Shown in pieces: positions 26,799 through 39,479 of a stretch of 64,000 nt of DNA. This DNA is from Raillietiella orientalis (Eukaryota), in NCBI GenBank assembly GCA_036172245.1, contig JAYWIR010000026.1, forward strand, positions 1,674,001 to 1,738,000, written 5' to 3'. The position numbers and the translations under genes were made by a program. The notes below the pieces were generated by a model. That model was not told the DNA's origin. It ran no database searches and saw nothing but the letters and a program-made list of their open reading frames with translations. Each line of letters begins with the position of its first letter. Within the stretch, counting starts at the first letter, position 1.

Positions 26799-26960
26799 CT
26801 AACCATGGCAACCCCCTTGCGCTCATCCCTACCCCCAGCTCCGCGTAACCATGGCACTCTCCCTTCCCCACGGCTCCCCCCCAGCTCCGCGTAACCATGG
26901 CACTCTCCCTTCCCCACGCCTCCCCCCCCCAGCTCCGCGTAACCATGGCACCCCGCCCCC
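26799..26960. repeat. Minisatellite with a 46-48 bp period and core CCAGCTCCGCGTAACCATGGCAC
   Basis: Units start at 26835, 26881 and 26929; a partial unit CTAACCATGGCAAC lies at 26799-26812. Confidence 0.9.
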
Positions 26961-28769
26961 CCACGCTCCTGGCGCCTCAGCTTACGGGACGGAACGCAAC
27001 GTGCGGCTCGGGGATTCCCTGTTCCGGCTAGCAAGGGAGGTGTTCCGGAGGGCTTTTCGAAAACTCGGAAAACTTGCGAAGTGTTTGGGCCTGCCCAGAG
27101 GCTGAGATCTTTCACCGCCCGCCTCTTCGTTTCCATGGTTCCTGATGTTGTGATTTCGAACGTTTCAGGAGTAAAAAAAAAAAAGAAAAAGATATAATGC
27201 ACTTTGAGCGGCTGTTGGTTGGTCCTTATCTGCAACATGAATGAAAATGTGTGATTTCAGGTTTTTTCCCTTTCTTTTCTTTCTTCCCCTTCTTTAATTC
27301 GTAGCTTCCAATGTTTTGTTTCCTTCATTCCCGATACGTTTTTTTTGCGTGTGTGTGCATCGCGCTCGTAATCCATGAATCTCGCGTTCGTCGTGAGTTC
27401 GTGAATAAAAGGGAGCTTCCGCCTGCGCTGTGCCTTCTCCAAGCAACGGCAGGATTTCGAAACAGGGACTCTTAAGAAGGACTCTTGATCGAGGTGGAAT
27501 TCGGAACCAGGGATCATTCCCGCCGCTCGCATTGTGCTATTCTGGAAAACATCCACGCGTCTGAATTTTTTCTTTTTTCCTTCATCGCTCCTGCCGAGAT
27601 GCCATGTTGCTTCACCTCGATCCTCCTGCTTCCGATTTTACGATCCTCCAAAGAGTCTCCCAGAAGTGTTTCCGTGGGAGTTCCTGCGCTGCAGGGGAAC
27701 CGAGTGCTCGACACGAGCTGAATAGGTAAAAGAGGCTTCCGGGAAGACACTTGTCTGGAGGTGTCTGCCACGAGGGTGCTTCCTTATTTCGATCAGCAGT
27801 GCAAGACTGACTTCTTGGATTTCGAGAGCTTGGGAAACATCCTTCTGATAACTGACTTGTAATCACGTGTGTACGCCCTCGGAAGCAATGCAACGGACCG
27901 AAATACACCCAATTCACGTGGGTTCCGGATTTCGTATTTAGGACAACGGAATTCCCTGACGTCGAGCCAGTTGTTGCGGAGGAAAAGGCTCTCTCTTGCT
28001 TCTTCATTCCACCCCCATTTCTAGGAAAAGCCGGGAGCAGTCCTCAACGCGGATTGCAAAATTGCACAAAGTTTTTCACCCATGTTTACTGAGCTTCACA
28101 GGATGGACGATGCCCAGCCTCTTTGCAGTAACAAAATACCGAGAGCAGGAATTTTCCTCCGGAAGTAGGAGGCACAGGGTGCGCGTGCACCAGCATATGG
28201 CATGGCGAGATGGCGGAGCAAGTGGGTCGAGGTTCTTCAGCAAGTTTGCGAAAAAAGAGCCCTTCCCAAGCACTCCAGTTTCATTTCTTATCACCTGGAA
28301 AGATGACCAGCGATATCGCAGTTGTGAGGATGGGGTTCAGACAGATTGAGATTCCGTCGGCGTGAGAGGCACAAGACCGGCACCGCCCGAGCTTTTCTTC
28401 AGTTCATGGACATCGAGGAATCAGCATCGGATCGCGGTCCAATTAAGGAGAAGTTGATTGGCTGAAGAGCAGGGCGAGGAAGTGCACTTGCGCAAGCCAC
28501 GACCACATGTGTCACCACTTGCGAAGAGGCGTCGCCTGCCAGCAGCAATGCCTCCTCCTATGCCTTCTCCGCGTGCAATCCCGTCGCTGCAGACTCAGCG
28601 CTCGCTGCCTAGGAAACGAGACGCGTAACAGGCCTGATCTCAAGAGATTGCTGGAAACTTTTCGTGATGAAGGGGAAAAAAAGGGGGGACAAGCGCGTTC
28701 GTGACGAGACGAAGATGAAGTGCTGATTCGATGATACCGCGAATTACGTCATCAGCACCATCAACCATT

Positions 28770-30010
28770 TATGCAAGCTGCACCTTCGAACGATAATTAC
28801 CATGTAATGCATGGACCCTACATAATCGACGTAGCAGACATGAGGCGCAAGCCAAACTGGGACAAACTGGAGTTGATGATACTCGGGCATCTCACCGAAA
28901 GCGCTAAGCTCAACAAACAACCTGCCACCCTGCATCAGGGTGGCACGTTCACCGAAGCAAAGAGCCACCGCTCGGGCACGCCAGTGCCTATTTGACGAAT
29001 TGGAATGACGTCTCATCTAACGCTTTAGCCCCTGGACTCCTCTTTTCTTTCCTCCGGAAAAAAAAAAAAGAAAGACTTGTTTCACGAGGAGGAGAATTTT
29101 TCGAAAAGACCCGCTCAGCCTTAGCTCCCAGAACGAAATGGAAGTCAGCATCGCTTGAAAGGATCACACTCGTAGACCCAGTCGGCAAACCAAGATCAAT
29201 TCATGAGCTCATTGCTTGCCAGGCAGGGAGGATGAGAACTGCCCGGGGAAACTTGCCTAGTGGCTGTTCCCCGTCTCTGCTGGGAACAATTCGAAGCTGA
29301 CGCTCGCGCGGCCCCGGGCAAGCAGGGATCCAGCACCCGGCAACCGAAGGACCGGGTCGAGCCCGAGGGCTTCCCCCGTTCGCAGCACCACCTCCTTCAC
29401 AGCAATACGGGGGAGTCGGCCCACGGATCGTCGCGGTCACCGGGAAACACCCACCACATGCGCGGCGGCGACGAGCGCACGCACGCACCCCAGGCACCGC
29501 ACGCCTTCCGCGCGGCGGGCCCCATCCTGTGTCAGCAGCATCCGCCCTCGAGCGCGCCAACTCTTCCCGTCGAGCGCCGCCCAACCCAACGGTCGCTGCT
29601 GACCGGCGGCAACAGGCAGTGCGGGAAGCGGGGCGGCGCGCTCCGAGCGTCAGGACTCTCTCAAGAGTCCTGGCTAGGGCTCGCTCGCCACGCCTCGCCC
29701 GGAGCAACCGCGCAGCGACGCTTCTCCTCCTGTTGGGACAGCTTGCACGGGGTCTCCCTTGCAGCGTTCGCGGCGGCGCCCTCAGCCGTTCCCAGAGGAT
29801 GGCGGCGGGATGGCAGCTCCGCTCCGCGCGCCGTAGCGTCGCGCGTTCCTAGGCCGTGCGTGAGTTCGCGCGCGCTCTCCCGTCGCGGGCGCGCGGGGGT
29901 TGATGCCGCCCCCTCTCGGCGGTCACGTTGTACCTACTTTGGCATGGCGGGGGGAGAGGCTGGATCGGCGAGCATCCTTGCTGCTGCACGCCGCCCTGGC
30001 AACAGATTGC
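28770..30010 (+). mobile_element. Ty1/copia LTR-retrotransposon relic (gag-like and integrase)
   Basis: PNPTVAADRRQQAVREAGRR...LSRVLARA...SNR (cf. P..NG.AER.NRT..E.AR...L...W..A...NR), then VDAAPSRRSRCTYFGM (cf. KLD.RS..C.FLGY). Confidence 0.45.
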
Positions 30011-30579
30011 ACACACCCCGTGGCCGCCGAGGGCGAACGGCGGATCGACCGCTGCCCAGCTAACGCCTCTCATCGTTGGCACTGCGTTATCGGATCCGTG
30101 TACATTCTGTTGAACCGAGTGAGGCAAAAGCGTGCATCTTCGTGTCATTTTCACTCGGGCGGCATAATGAAATTTGGTAGCGTTTATTTTCCCGATTGGT
30201 TGTCTTTGTTATTCCTGTGGCCTCTGCAAGGTTCACCTCCTCATGAGGACCAACGAATCAGTTGTAGATAGTTTCCGTCGCGCATAGTTGCGGATTTCGT
30301 ATCGAATGTGGAGTGCATTTGCATAGGCGACCTCAATCAGCTACCACTGGCATTAACACTATTGGGACAGTTATCACCGTCACCGATAATTAGGCAATAA
30401 TTGCAATGGGCAAGGCAAATTAATGGGGGTAAAGCAATGAAAGGTATCTTAAAACCAGTGCGTCATCTTGACGTAAAACCAGTGTTGAATCCTTCAGTTC
30501 ATACCTGAAAGGTGGCCGCCAGAAAGAGTTCTCATTTCTCTTAGTTCATCTCGAGCTTGCGATCTTAAGGCTGCGCTTG

Positions 30580-30624
30580 AGAGTCCCCTTAATAGATGGT
30601 CTGACCATCTATTAAGGGGACTCT
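30580..30624. repeat. Perfect 22-bp inverted repeat with a 1-nt spacer
   Basis: agagtccccttaatagatggtc-t-gaccatctattaaggggactct. Confidence 0.95.
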
Positions 30625-30649
30625 ATTAAGCCAGTGTGCCTCGTCGTGC

Positions 30650-31900
30650 CAGCTCATCTAGCACAAGTGAAGAGTGCCTTCTACCAATTCTTCCTCCTTT
30701 CCAACGCTTCTGAACCATTGACGACCATATCCCTGAGAACTTTTATGCTATCTCGTCCTTCTTCCCTTTATCTCCCCAATGACTGTTGATTACTGTACAG
30801 CACTTCACTTCATCCATCCTCAGCTTATCCTTCGCGAAGGAGCTTAGTCTCCTCGGCGGTCCTCCTTCGAAGAAAGTCGAAAACCTGCTCCTACAGCAGT
30901 ACCCTGAAAATACTCTTGTGTGACTCCGGGGGATCACAGTCTGGAAGCCCCCTTTTTTCCTCCCTCGCCTTTCTCGAAAGATCTATCTATTCCCTCGTCT
31001 TCCGTTCCTCTTGTGCTCCACTTTCTTGAACGTGGTTCTTCCCTTCGTCATCGCGACCCAATGCCAAGAATATTTGGGACCCTCGGCTCCCTTCCTCCAG
31101 GGTCGCCTTGCGTCTCCTCCCATTAGCCCCGATTGGTCTTCGTGGAGTCTCGGGAGAAAGTAAAATCGGAAGCTCGTGGGCAACGACACCTCTGGATCGG
31201 CAGAAATCGGAATGTGATGGTAGCGTTCGTTCCTCACCAGTTCTCGCTCCCATCTTTCTAACGATCCTCAAGGAGCACTCAAAAAGAAAGGCAGAGGAAG
31301 CACGGGAAGCAGAAAAAAAGGTGCTTCTGTTCTTCTGGAGGCAGAGTTGGAACCATTTGACAACTTCGCACTTTGCATTAGTCGGAAGATCGACTGCTTT
31401 TAAGCCCGTTTTCAGAAGTCCATACCTCATACGCCTTTTCTTCCTTCTCTGCCACTGCCACTCCCATTGTTTTAACAAAGACGAGAACTCTTTGCCTCCA
31501 ACGATCCCGATATAACCGTCGTCGTTGACTCTTCATTTCCCTATTAATGTACAACATTGTGGAGTAAGCGCACCTCAGTATCGGACCGGGACAGTCTCCT
31601 CCCTCCTCTGAAGGAGCGAGGCAGAAGCTTCCGTGTATGAACCTCTCGTCTCGGATGGCAAAAGCAGCATCCGCACCTCCTGGGTGGTTACCAGGTTCTC
31701 GAGGTACCTGTAGTACTGCTGCACCCGACCTGAAGGAGGCTACTAGGCGGAGGACTGGAGTTTCCGTCGGGCAGAAACCTCAACCTGGGAGGTCTGCGAG
31801 TCGGCCTGGGTCCTTTCCACGGAAATCTTCCTTGGGAAAAAAACTGAAGTTCCTTGAGAAGATCTTGGAAACTCAACGCATCATTCCTGCCCTAATACTG
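30650..31900 (+). mobile_element. Penelope-like RT relic
   Basis: SFAKELSLL (cf. LAK.L..L), GSVRSSPVLAPIFL (cf. MGS.LSPVLANIFM) and TTLWSKRT (cf. T.VY.KPT), in order. Confidence 0.4.
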
Positions 31901-32269
31901 CTAGTAGGGTTGGCCGGACAAGCTGACCTGGAAGCATCCTCGAAGGGACGCGAGGGAAACTGAACGCCATTTGTGTCGGATTCGAACTCTCAGAATAGCA
32001 GAAAGACTGAATCAGAAAAGGAGGTGCTTAGTAGCAGCAGGCCATCTATGGCATCTTCAGCCATTGTCACGGTGGTCCGCTATGATTCTCTCAGTTGCGT
32101 TCGAAAGTGGCATCGAAGACCCATTCTCTCAGTGCTCATCGATCCCAGGCAGGTCGAGGATCGATGTTGTGTAGTCTCCGGACCACTTGCGCCGAAGGTT
32201 GCGTTCCCTCTTCCTCGTCGTGACCTGGGGTCTCGGAATCTTTGCGATCAGCAGCGTTCACTTGTCGCC

Positions 32270-33750
32270 GCTCAAACGATCCTTTCTTGTTTCGTGCGTT
32301 TTCGGTGGTCGACAAAGCGTGTGGTGGTCGGTAGTCTGCCGATCCAACTTGATCGATCGCGGAAGGGAGCACTGGACGGATCTCCGGTCCATGAGTTCCC
32401 CGGGCACGAACATCCCCCGAGAAGGAAGGCAAGACTGCCACGCTCCCAGAATCCGTCATCTGCCTCGAGCTGAGGTGCTGGAATCTCTCCCGCTGATGGC
32501 GATCGATTCGGACGTTCTAGGTGAGTCGGCCGGAAGTCAGAACGCGCCATATGTGAGCTACAACTGGATCGATCCCGCATCTGTACTGGACATTCATGCA
32601 GGGTGCTGCCTACAGAATTCAACAGCTTAAGAAATCCCGACTCATGATTCAACGAGTAGATCAAAGTCTGAATGCATTCGTCGGATGCTGACGTCGTGAC
32701 TACGGAAGAGCAAATCACGTGTTCTTTGGTGGAGCGGTCTAGGAAAGCCAGATTTGCCTCCCTCGTGGTGTGAGGGATCTGCAAGCCCCACCAAATGTCA
32801 TGTGCTCATATCCGCTTATCTCGGAAAAGAGTGGTAGTGACCACGTAGCAGTGCACAGTGGCTCCAGTCGCCATGCTCTCTGTTTCCTAGGGAAGTCGTT
32901 ACACGTGACCACGAAAAGAGTCCCGCGCTGGTGTTAAGTGACGCTCCAGGAGTCCACCATTTACATAGTGCATCCGGGTCTCTTGTTGAGCGGAAGAGCA
33001 CAGAGAGCGGGACGGTTTCTCGAGGAAGAGTTTTCGAAAAAAAGTTGCTAGTTTCATATAGAGCGGTTCCTTTGTGCTGCTGCTGAGGAGCAGTAAAAAA
33101 AAGGAAACGCCCCGATCTCGGTCAAATCTGCATCCCGTGGTGATTGATGGGTCGAGGGCGCAAACTGAAAGATCGTCTGTTTGAGCTGCAGCAACAGGCT
33201 TAAACACGCTTCTTCCAGGATAAAAAATTGCAATCATCATCAGATGTGGTTATTGCACTCTCGTTCGCTGTGCGCCTTATTTGTGTATATATGCTGTGCA
33301 TTCACGTTGTTGGCGAAGAAGTACATCTACAGCACATTCGATTCCAGCAGATCACTCGAAGTCGATTCCAGAATACTGGCAGCTCAAATGTTACGCAGAG
33401 TCCCGAAATTCCTAAGAAAGCTGCTGCTTGGCAATCCGAGCTAGGAGCACTGGCGTGGCAATCCCACCACGGCGAGACTAGATCATCTCCTCCCGTGAAG
33501 ATGAGAGAAAGCGGATTCCGGGCGCTCATTCCAAGACACGGAACAGGAGAGTGCTCGGGTTGTTATGACGTTGCTTACGAGTTTACAGCCGCAAGGATTC
33601 TTAGGAAGCAGCCGAGCCGAAGACTCATTGGGATTTGATACGATCTCTTGTCCACTGATTGAAATGCACTTCGTGAGTTTTTTCTGATTCTTGGAGGAGA
33701 TGCAAGATTTGTTTTGAGAGAAGCTGAAAGGCAGTAGCATATAAATCACG
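32270..33750 (-). mobile_element. Penelope-like RT relic, convergent with the previous one
   Basis: LATFFRKLFLE...RMHYVNG (cf. LA..FM..LE...RYVDD) and TREANLAFLD (cf. E....LPFLD). Confidence 0.4.
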
Positions 33751-36267
33751 CAACAAAATCAAAACAAATTCCGAGGCTCAGCTTCAGAAGGACAGCACAT
33801 TGAGACGTACATGAGATAGGTATATTTATTGAAAAAGTATAGAAGCTCGTTGTGATTGATACGGCATTGCGAAAAGAATCTATGAAATGCACAAGTTCCA
33901 TATAACAAGTGTTGCTATTAAAGATATGGAAGCAGTTGTCAATCAGACAGCAGCTCGAAGGCTATGCGTTTGTTGAAATATTAGCCTTTTGCAGTGTAAA
34001 GGAAAAAGAAAAAAAAAAAAAAAGAAATTCGGTGAAATTTCAAAAGTTGATGTCAAGAGATACCAAATTAATTCTTCTTCGACATTTCCGAATCCCGAGA
34101 ATACGCAATTCAGCTTGAGATCTGGAGAAAGGTCAGAAAAGCTCAATTTCATAATGCCTGTATGAACTTTTGTAAATTCTCAAAACTTGCTAACACAGCT
34201 ATCAATCGATCCAGTAGCTCGCTACTACATGTAGCGATTTGTACAAACGTTGTTGCTTCGATAGGCATTTGGCGGCATTGAGGACATTTGGCAGCTCAGC
34301 CTAGCCGATGCGGGAAGTCTGAAAAGCCGCGAAAATAATCGGTGTGCTTTTCTAAAGAGCACACTGGACTGCAGAGCTTTCCTGTCCCGGGCTGGAAAAA
34401 TTTGATCAAATGCAGAATATAAACGCAAAATTTTCTGTTCCTGTCCCTGTATTTCTTTAAATATTTCGCATACCTCAGTGAAGCGTCTCAAAGATTTTTA
34501 AATGATCGAAATTCCAAGTATTGTAACAGATTGCTAGGAAATTATTATTATCATTACTTTGGCTCTTGGTATCTATGCTGTATATTAATGCTGTCTTTGA
34601 ATAATTTCTAGGGCGAAACCCATTGAAACACGTGTATGTACTTGATTTATCTCCCCTACAATTCATTTTTCGAATTTTGTGCCGCACGGTTCGTTTCAAA
34701 TGACATGATGCTCATTGGGTTTGTGAAAAACCTATTTGATTTTCCTTTTAGTCATTTCGTTTTCATGCAGCAAAGTATCAAATGTACTTGAAGTATCAAA
34801 TGTACGCGACGTATCAATGAACTGTTGACGTAAGCACTATTCCATACCGAATGCCACTTCAAAATCGTTTTTGCTATGTATGCTCCTTCATTGATTGATT
34901 TTATGTCATTGCTGAAAATTAAGCAATGGGATGAATCTTGAAAATTCAGCATGGCTAATAATATATTGTTCTTGGGAATTGGATTTCATATTCAGATATT
35001 GGTACGGGCTCAAATTTCATGAACACATTGTATGCTTCGGAAAACTTGAAAAGTGCAACTAATGACAAGTTCTTATTAATATAAATACTTTGCGTGTAAT
35101 GGATAACGTCACTAATTCAACGCTCTTGGATTATTACAGTTATCGTAACCTTAATTTTGGAACCACTATTTTTGCACTCCTATTTTTGTATGGAATATAA
35201 TCATCATTTGGAAGTGCAATTACTGCCTTCAATTATAAACACCGTTGGTTTCGATGTAGATGAAAATGTACGCAAATAAACCGCACAAGTTTGTTACTTT
35301 TCGTAATAATTTTTTTTTCAAACTTGAAATTTTCGATAAATATTGGCAATGAATTCCGCAGCTTGTTAGTAAATTTGAACAGCCATGCGTTTGTAGTGTT
35401 GTGTGATTTCGACTCGAGAATTTCGCATAGTTTGCGTGTGTTATTGGAATGGTAAAAAGTATGCATTCCCTTTAAATGCACGGACTATTTTTTTTCAATA
35501 TTCACAGTTCTATACGTTGGAACATTCGCTAAGATGAATTCTGTATGGAATTATGATAGCTGTCTCTGTGCGGTTGTTCCAATTCGTGTATGTATGCTGT
35601 TGCCGGTCGAAGAATGAAAACTTACAAAAAGCTTCAGTGTGTGTCTCTGTAACATGGAAGGCGTTAAATTTTGCTCGAAATTGGACCTAGATGTAGGATT
35701 GTTTTTCACTTTCAAGATTCATTATCAATCATATTTCAAATTATCAATAAACAATTCAACTGTTGTTTGGGGCAAAGAGTTTGTTTACCAAAAAAAAAAA
35801 GACGAATCCATACTGAATAAGTTTCCAGGTGTTGCTGATGAATTCTCAAGGTTGAATTCTTAAGGTTTTTTTGTTCTTACTAATGATATTTAATTAATTG
35901 AGCTTATCAAAATATACTGAGCATATTTATAGCGCTTTCGGGTTCCAGTTGGATGTATGCCAAGTAAATACATACATATATGTATGTATGTATTTTTATT
36001 TTTGTCGGCATATTCCAGTGTTATTTACGATTGTGATTGTTCGGTAAAGTGAAAAGGACTTTCATTCATGCTTGGCCTTCATGTGCATCATGCTAATTAT
36101 GTATTAGGTTAATGTTTCGCCCTATTCATTTCAGTATAAAGTTCTGTAGATATAATGTCTTTGATCTCAAGTCGTAGTCAATGTACATGCAAAATTAGAA
36201 CTCTTAAAGTAATTGGTGTAGGTTGCATTTTCACCCCTGCATGATTCAGCAAACTGAATGAAGTGAT

Positions 36268-37968
36268 ATGGCAGGTATTGAGTTTCATCAAGTGATCAAA
36301 AACCGAAAAAACTGGAAAGTCGAAAAATAATGCTCTTTATTGTTTAATTTCAGGCAATGGAGAGATCCAGTGGTATTTTAGTGAAGTTAAAGGGACTGTA
36401 GATGAAGAGATAAATGAAGGTAAGATTTAATGCTTGGACTGATCATGCATGACATTCTTTTATTAGCTGATCTTATATCTTGTGTGGAATTCAATCATGA
36501 TGGTGAATTTCTTGCTACTGGAGACAAAGGTGGCAGGGTGGTAGTGTTTCAAAGATATCCAAATACAAAGGTTGTGTACATATGATATCAGATCAAGGGC
36601 ATAGTCATTCCAGACACGGAATCCTTTATGCAGGCATCCAGAGTACACATTGTACAGTACATTCCAAAGCCATGAAGCTGAATTTGACTATTTGAAGAGC
36701 TTAGAAATAGAAGAAAAGATCAATAAAATCAAATGGCTTCACATCCAGAACCCCTCTCGTTTCCTTCTATCTACAAATGGTAAGGTGCAAACTTAATGAA
36801 TGTGTGGACAGATTCCAATCTCTCAGACAAAACCATCAAACTTTGGAAGCTAACAGAGAGAGATAAGCGCTTTGAAGGTTTTAATTTGAAGGATGATGAT
36901 GGTAATATCAGAGATCCAGCTAGCATTACTAGCTTGAAAGTGAGGCATGTGTTCACACAAGGCTGTGAGAAGTTCATGTAGATTCCTGTCTTGAGGGCGT
37001 CCGATGATGTCTTGGTTGAGGCTAGTGTGAAGCGGATTTTTGCCAATGGCCATACATACCACATCAACTCCCTGAGTGTGAACTCAGATAAGGAAACGTA
37101 CTTATCAGCTGATGATCTGCGAATCAACGTTTGGCACTTAGATGTTACAGATCAGAGTTTCAGTAAGATACCTCAGTGATGCAGAATCATGGCTTCTAGA
37201 TATTGTTGATTTGAAGCCACGCAGCATGGAAGATTTGCAGGAAGTAATAACGACTGCAGAATTTCATCCTGCAGAGTGCAGCACTTTCTTATATTGTAGC
37301 AGCAAAGGAGCTATTCGACTCTGTGATATGCGCCAGGCAGCTCTTTGTGACCAGCATGCAAAGTGTACCTGTTGAATCATCTAGATCCAATATTAATGTT
37401 CCTTTTAGCTTTCGAAGAGCCACTCTCTGCTGAGGATCAGAGTGTTACTTCTCCTCGGGATTTCTTTCATGAGATTGTATCTAGTATATCTGATGCTAGG
37501 TTTTCACAGTCAGGACGTTTCATCCTCAGTCGTGATTACTTAGCAGCCAAAGTTTGGGATATCCGAATGGAAAAGCAACCCCTTGAAGAATATCCTGTGC
37601 ACAACTTTTTGAGATCAAAGTTGTGCATGCTCTATGAAAATGATTATATTTTTGACAAATTTGAGTGCTGCTGGAATGGTTCTGATTCAGCATTCATCAC
37701 TGGCTCTTATAATAATTTCTTCCGTGTCTTCCAGCGTCCCAATTATCGTGATGTGATCCTTGAGGCATCACGTGACATTGCCAAGCCCCACAGTTTGTTG
37801 AAACCACGCAAAGTTGTAACAGGAGTGAATAGGCGTCGTAAAGATGAAATTAATGTGGAATGCCTTGACTTCAGTAAAAAAATTCTTCATGCTGCATGGC
37901 ATCCTTGTGAGAATCTCATTGCTATAGCAGCTACTAACAATTTGTACATATTTGAAGACAGACCATAA
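36268..37968 (+). CDS. tws: PP2A regulatory subunit B55 (twins/PPP2R2), ~453 aa
   Basis: Exons 36268-36274, 36354-36419, 36467-36570, 36614-36779, 36827-36939, 36982-37162, 37200-37364, 37409-37968 (1362 nt, phases consistent). Contains [56 protein letters not shown] and [10 protein letters not shown]...AATNNLYIF. Confidence 0.95.
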
Positions 37969-38084
37969 TTCTCAATGAGATTTAAAAGACAATTGATCCA
38001 ATATGGCCATGTTATTGTATGATTTTAGTTGCTATATTTTATTAATTTCAAATACTAGAACAAACTGTGTGCCTATTTTACGTG

Positions 38085-38090
38085 AATAAA
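38085..38090 (+). promoter_or_regulatory. Candidate polyadenylation signal of tws
   Basis: AATAAA ~120 nt after the stop. Confidence 0.55.
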
Positions 38091-39479
38091 AAATCAAAAG
38101 AAAATGTATAAAGTACATCCACTTATATTGATCCAGTGTTTATGATTTGGTAATATGTGTTGTCAGGGCATGCATTCTGAGTTTAATGTATATGGTTTTA
38201 TGTTTAAATCACTGAGTTTATAGACAAAAATAGTATGTACCTATGTAGATGTAAGCATGTTGATATGAACAAATTTGTAGGGGGGATCTCATGAATTTTT
38301 GAATAGGTAATCTTATTGATTGTAAAGTCAAATTGCTTAGTTGCCAAGCAGCCTTGGTATGTACATCTTGTTTGCATTCATTCCACAGTGTTGCACCTTT
38401 ATTTGCAGTATGTGTGTAGTTGATCCTGCATTTATAAATTCAGATGTACTCCTTACAATAAGTCCTGTAGGAAAATTATATAAACTGATTTATTTGTATA
38501 ATAACAATAACAAGTTGATTTGCTAGCAACATGTTGCTTCCGTTTTCGAAACTAAAGACTGACGGAGTGTTTTCCTTGGATATTAAGCTAGTTTTCATGT
38601 TTGTGCTTTCTTGCAGAATTATTGGAAATAATGAAAATTTCTGGAAAGTAATCTTTGTGATTGCTTGTACATTTCTACTGTGAGCAGAATCCTCAATGAA
38701 AACATTGTTGCATAATTTTAATAGAACTTTTCAATGATTTCTGTATGTTATGAAAAACCTTTTGAGATAGTTTGTAAAATAAAATAGCTTTTATTTGTCA
38801 TGTCATGCTGTCTTGTACTATTGAGGTTCTGTTCTTTATTAGATGCTGAGATTCAGACTGTAGCAAGTTGCAACTAGTAGAATAACTATTTGTTGGATAA
38901 TGATGAATGATTCTTGTTAGAGTGGGTTAATGCTTCTTCATTATAATATGAACATCAATCCTATTTAAGAGGAAAGGATCAATTGAAATTCTTTCACCAT
39001 AAAATAGCTGGATTCGGAATTTTTGATTTTGTAATGGACAGTACTGATACTCAAAGATGAGCCATTGCTAATGTTGATGTCACTTTCCTTTCCTTTTGCT
39101 TTCCTTAACCACTTGTGTGTTCTTCACCTAGAGCCACTGCTGGAGGCTTCTGCTGGGTGAAGTTGTCTGTGCCCCGTGTAAGTGAATTGTGAGATGCTCA
39201 TCTGCAAATTTTCTGCAAAAGTACTAACAATTCTGTCTTCAGAATTAATGAGTTAATTGTTCTTTGTACATTTCATGGGAGTAGTATGTTAAGGGGAATT
39301 ACATATTCCTCAGCAGTCATAGGGCTTTTCTGTATCACTACCAGAGTGGGCTCCAATAAGACAAATAAGTAAATTGCTATTAAGTCTTGTAGTCTTGTCC
39401 TTAAGAGAATGAATACTCAAGAGTCTTATTATATATTCTGGTATTAATTTGTGACAAACTCATGGAGAATTTATATCCA

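Noticed and set aside
26799..26960. CRISPR-like array
   Set aside because: Intervening sequences are near-identical rather than unique spacers, there are no cas genes, and the context is eukaryotic.
8000..33700. GC-rich block as contamination or horizontally transferred DNA
   Set aside because: It contains a spliced animal gene (Dof), and DUSP11 bridges an equivalent boundary; no prokaryotic genes were seen.
34773..34805. 15-bp direct repeat aagtatcaaatgtac
   Set aside because: Ordinary short tandem duplication with no supporting context.
35968..35989. 22-bp palindrome upstream of tws
   Set aside because: Made of abutting (ATAC)n and (TATG)n microsatellites; low complexity.
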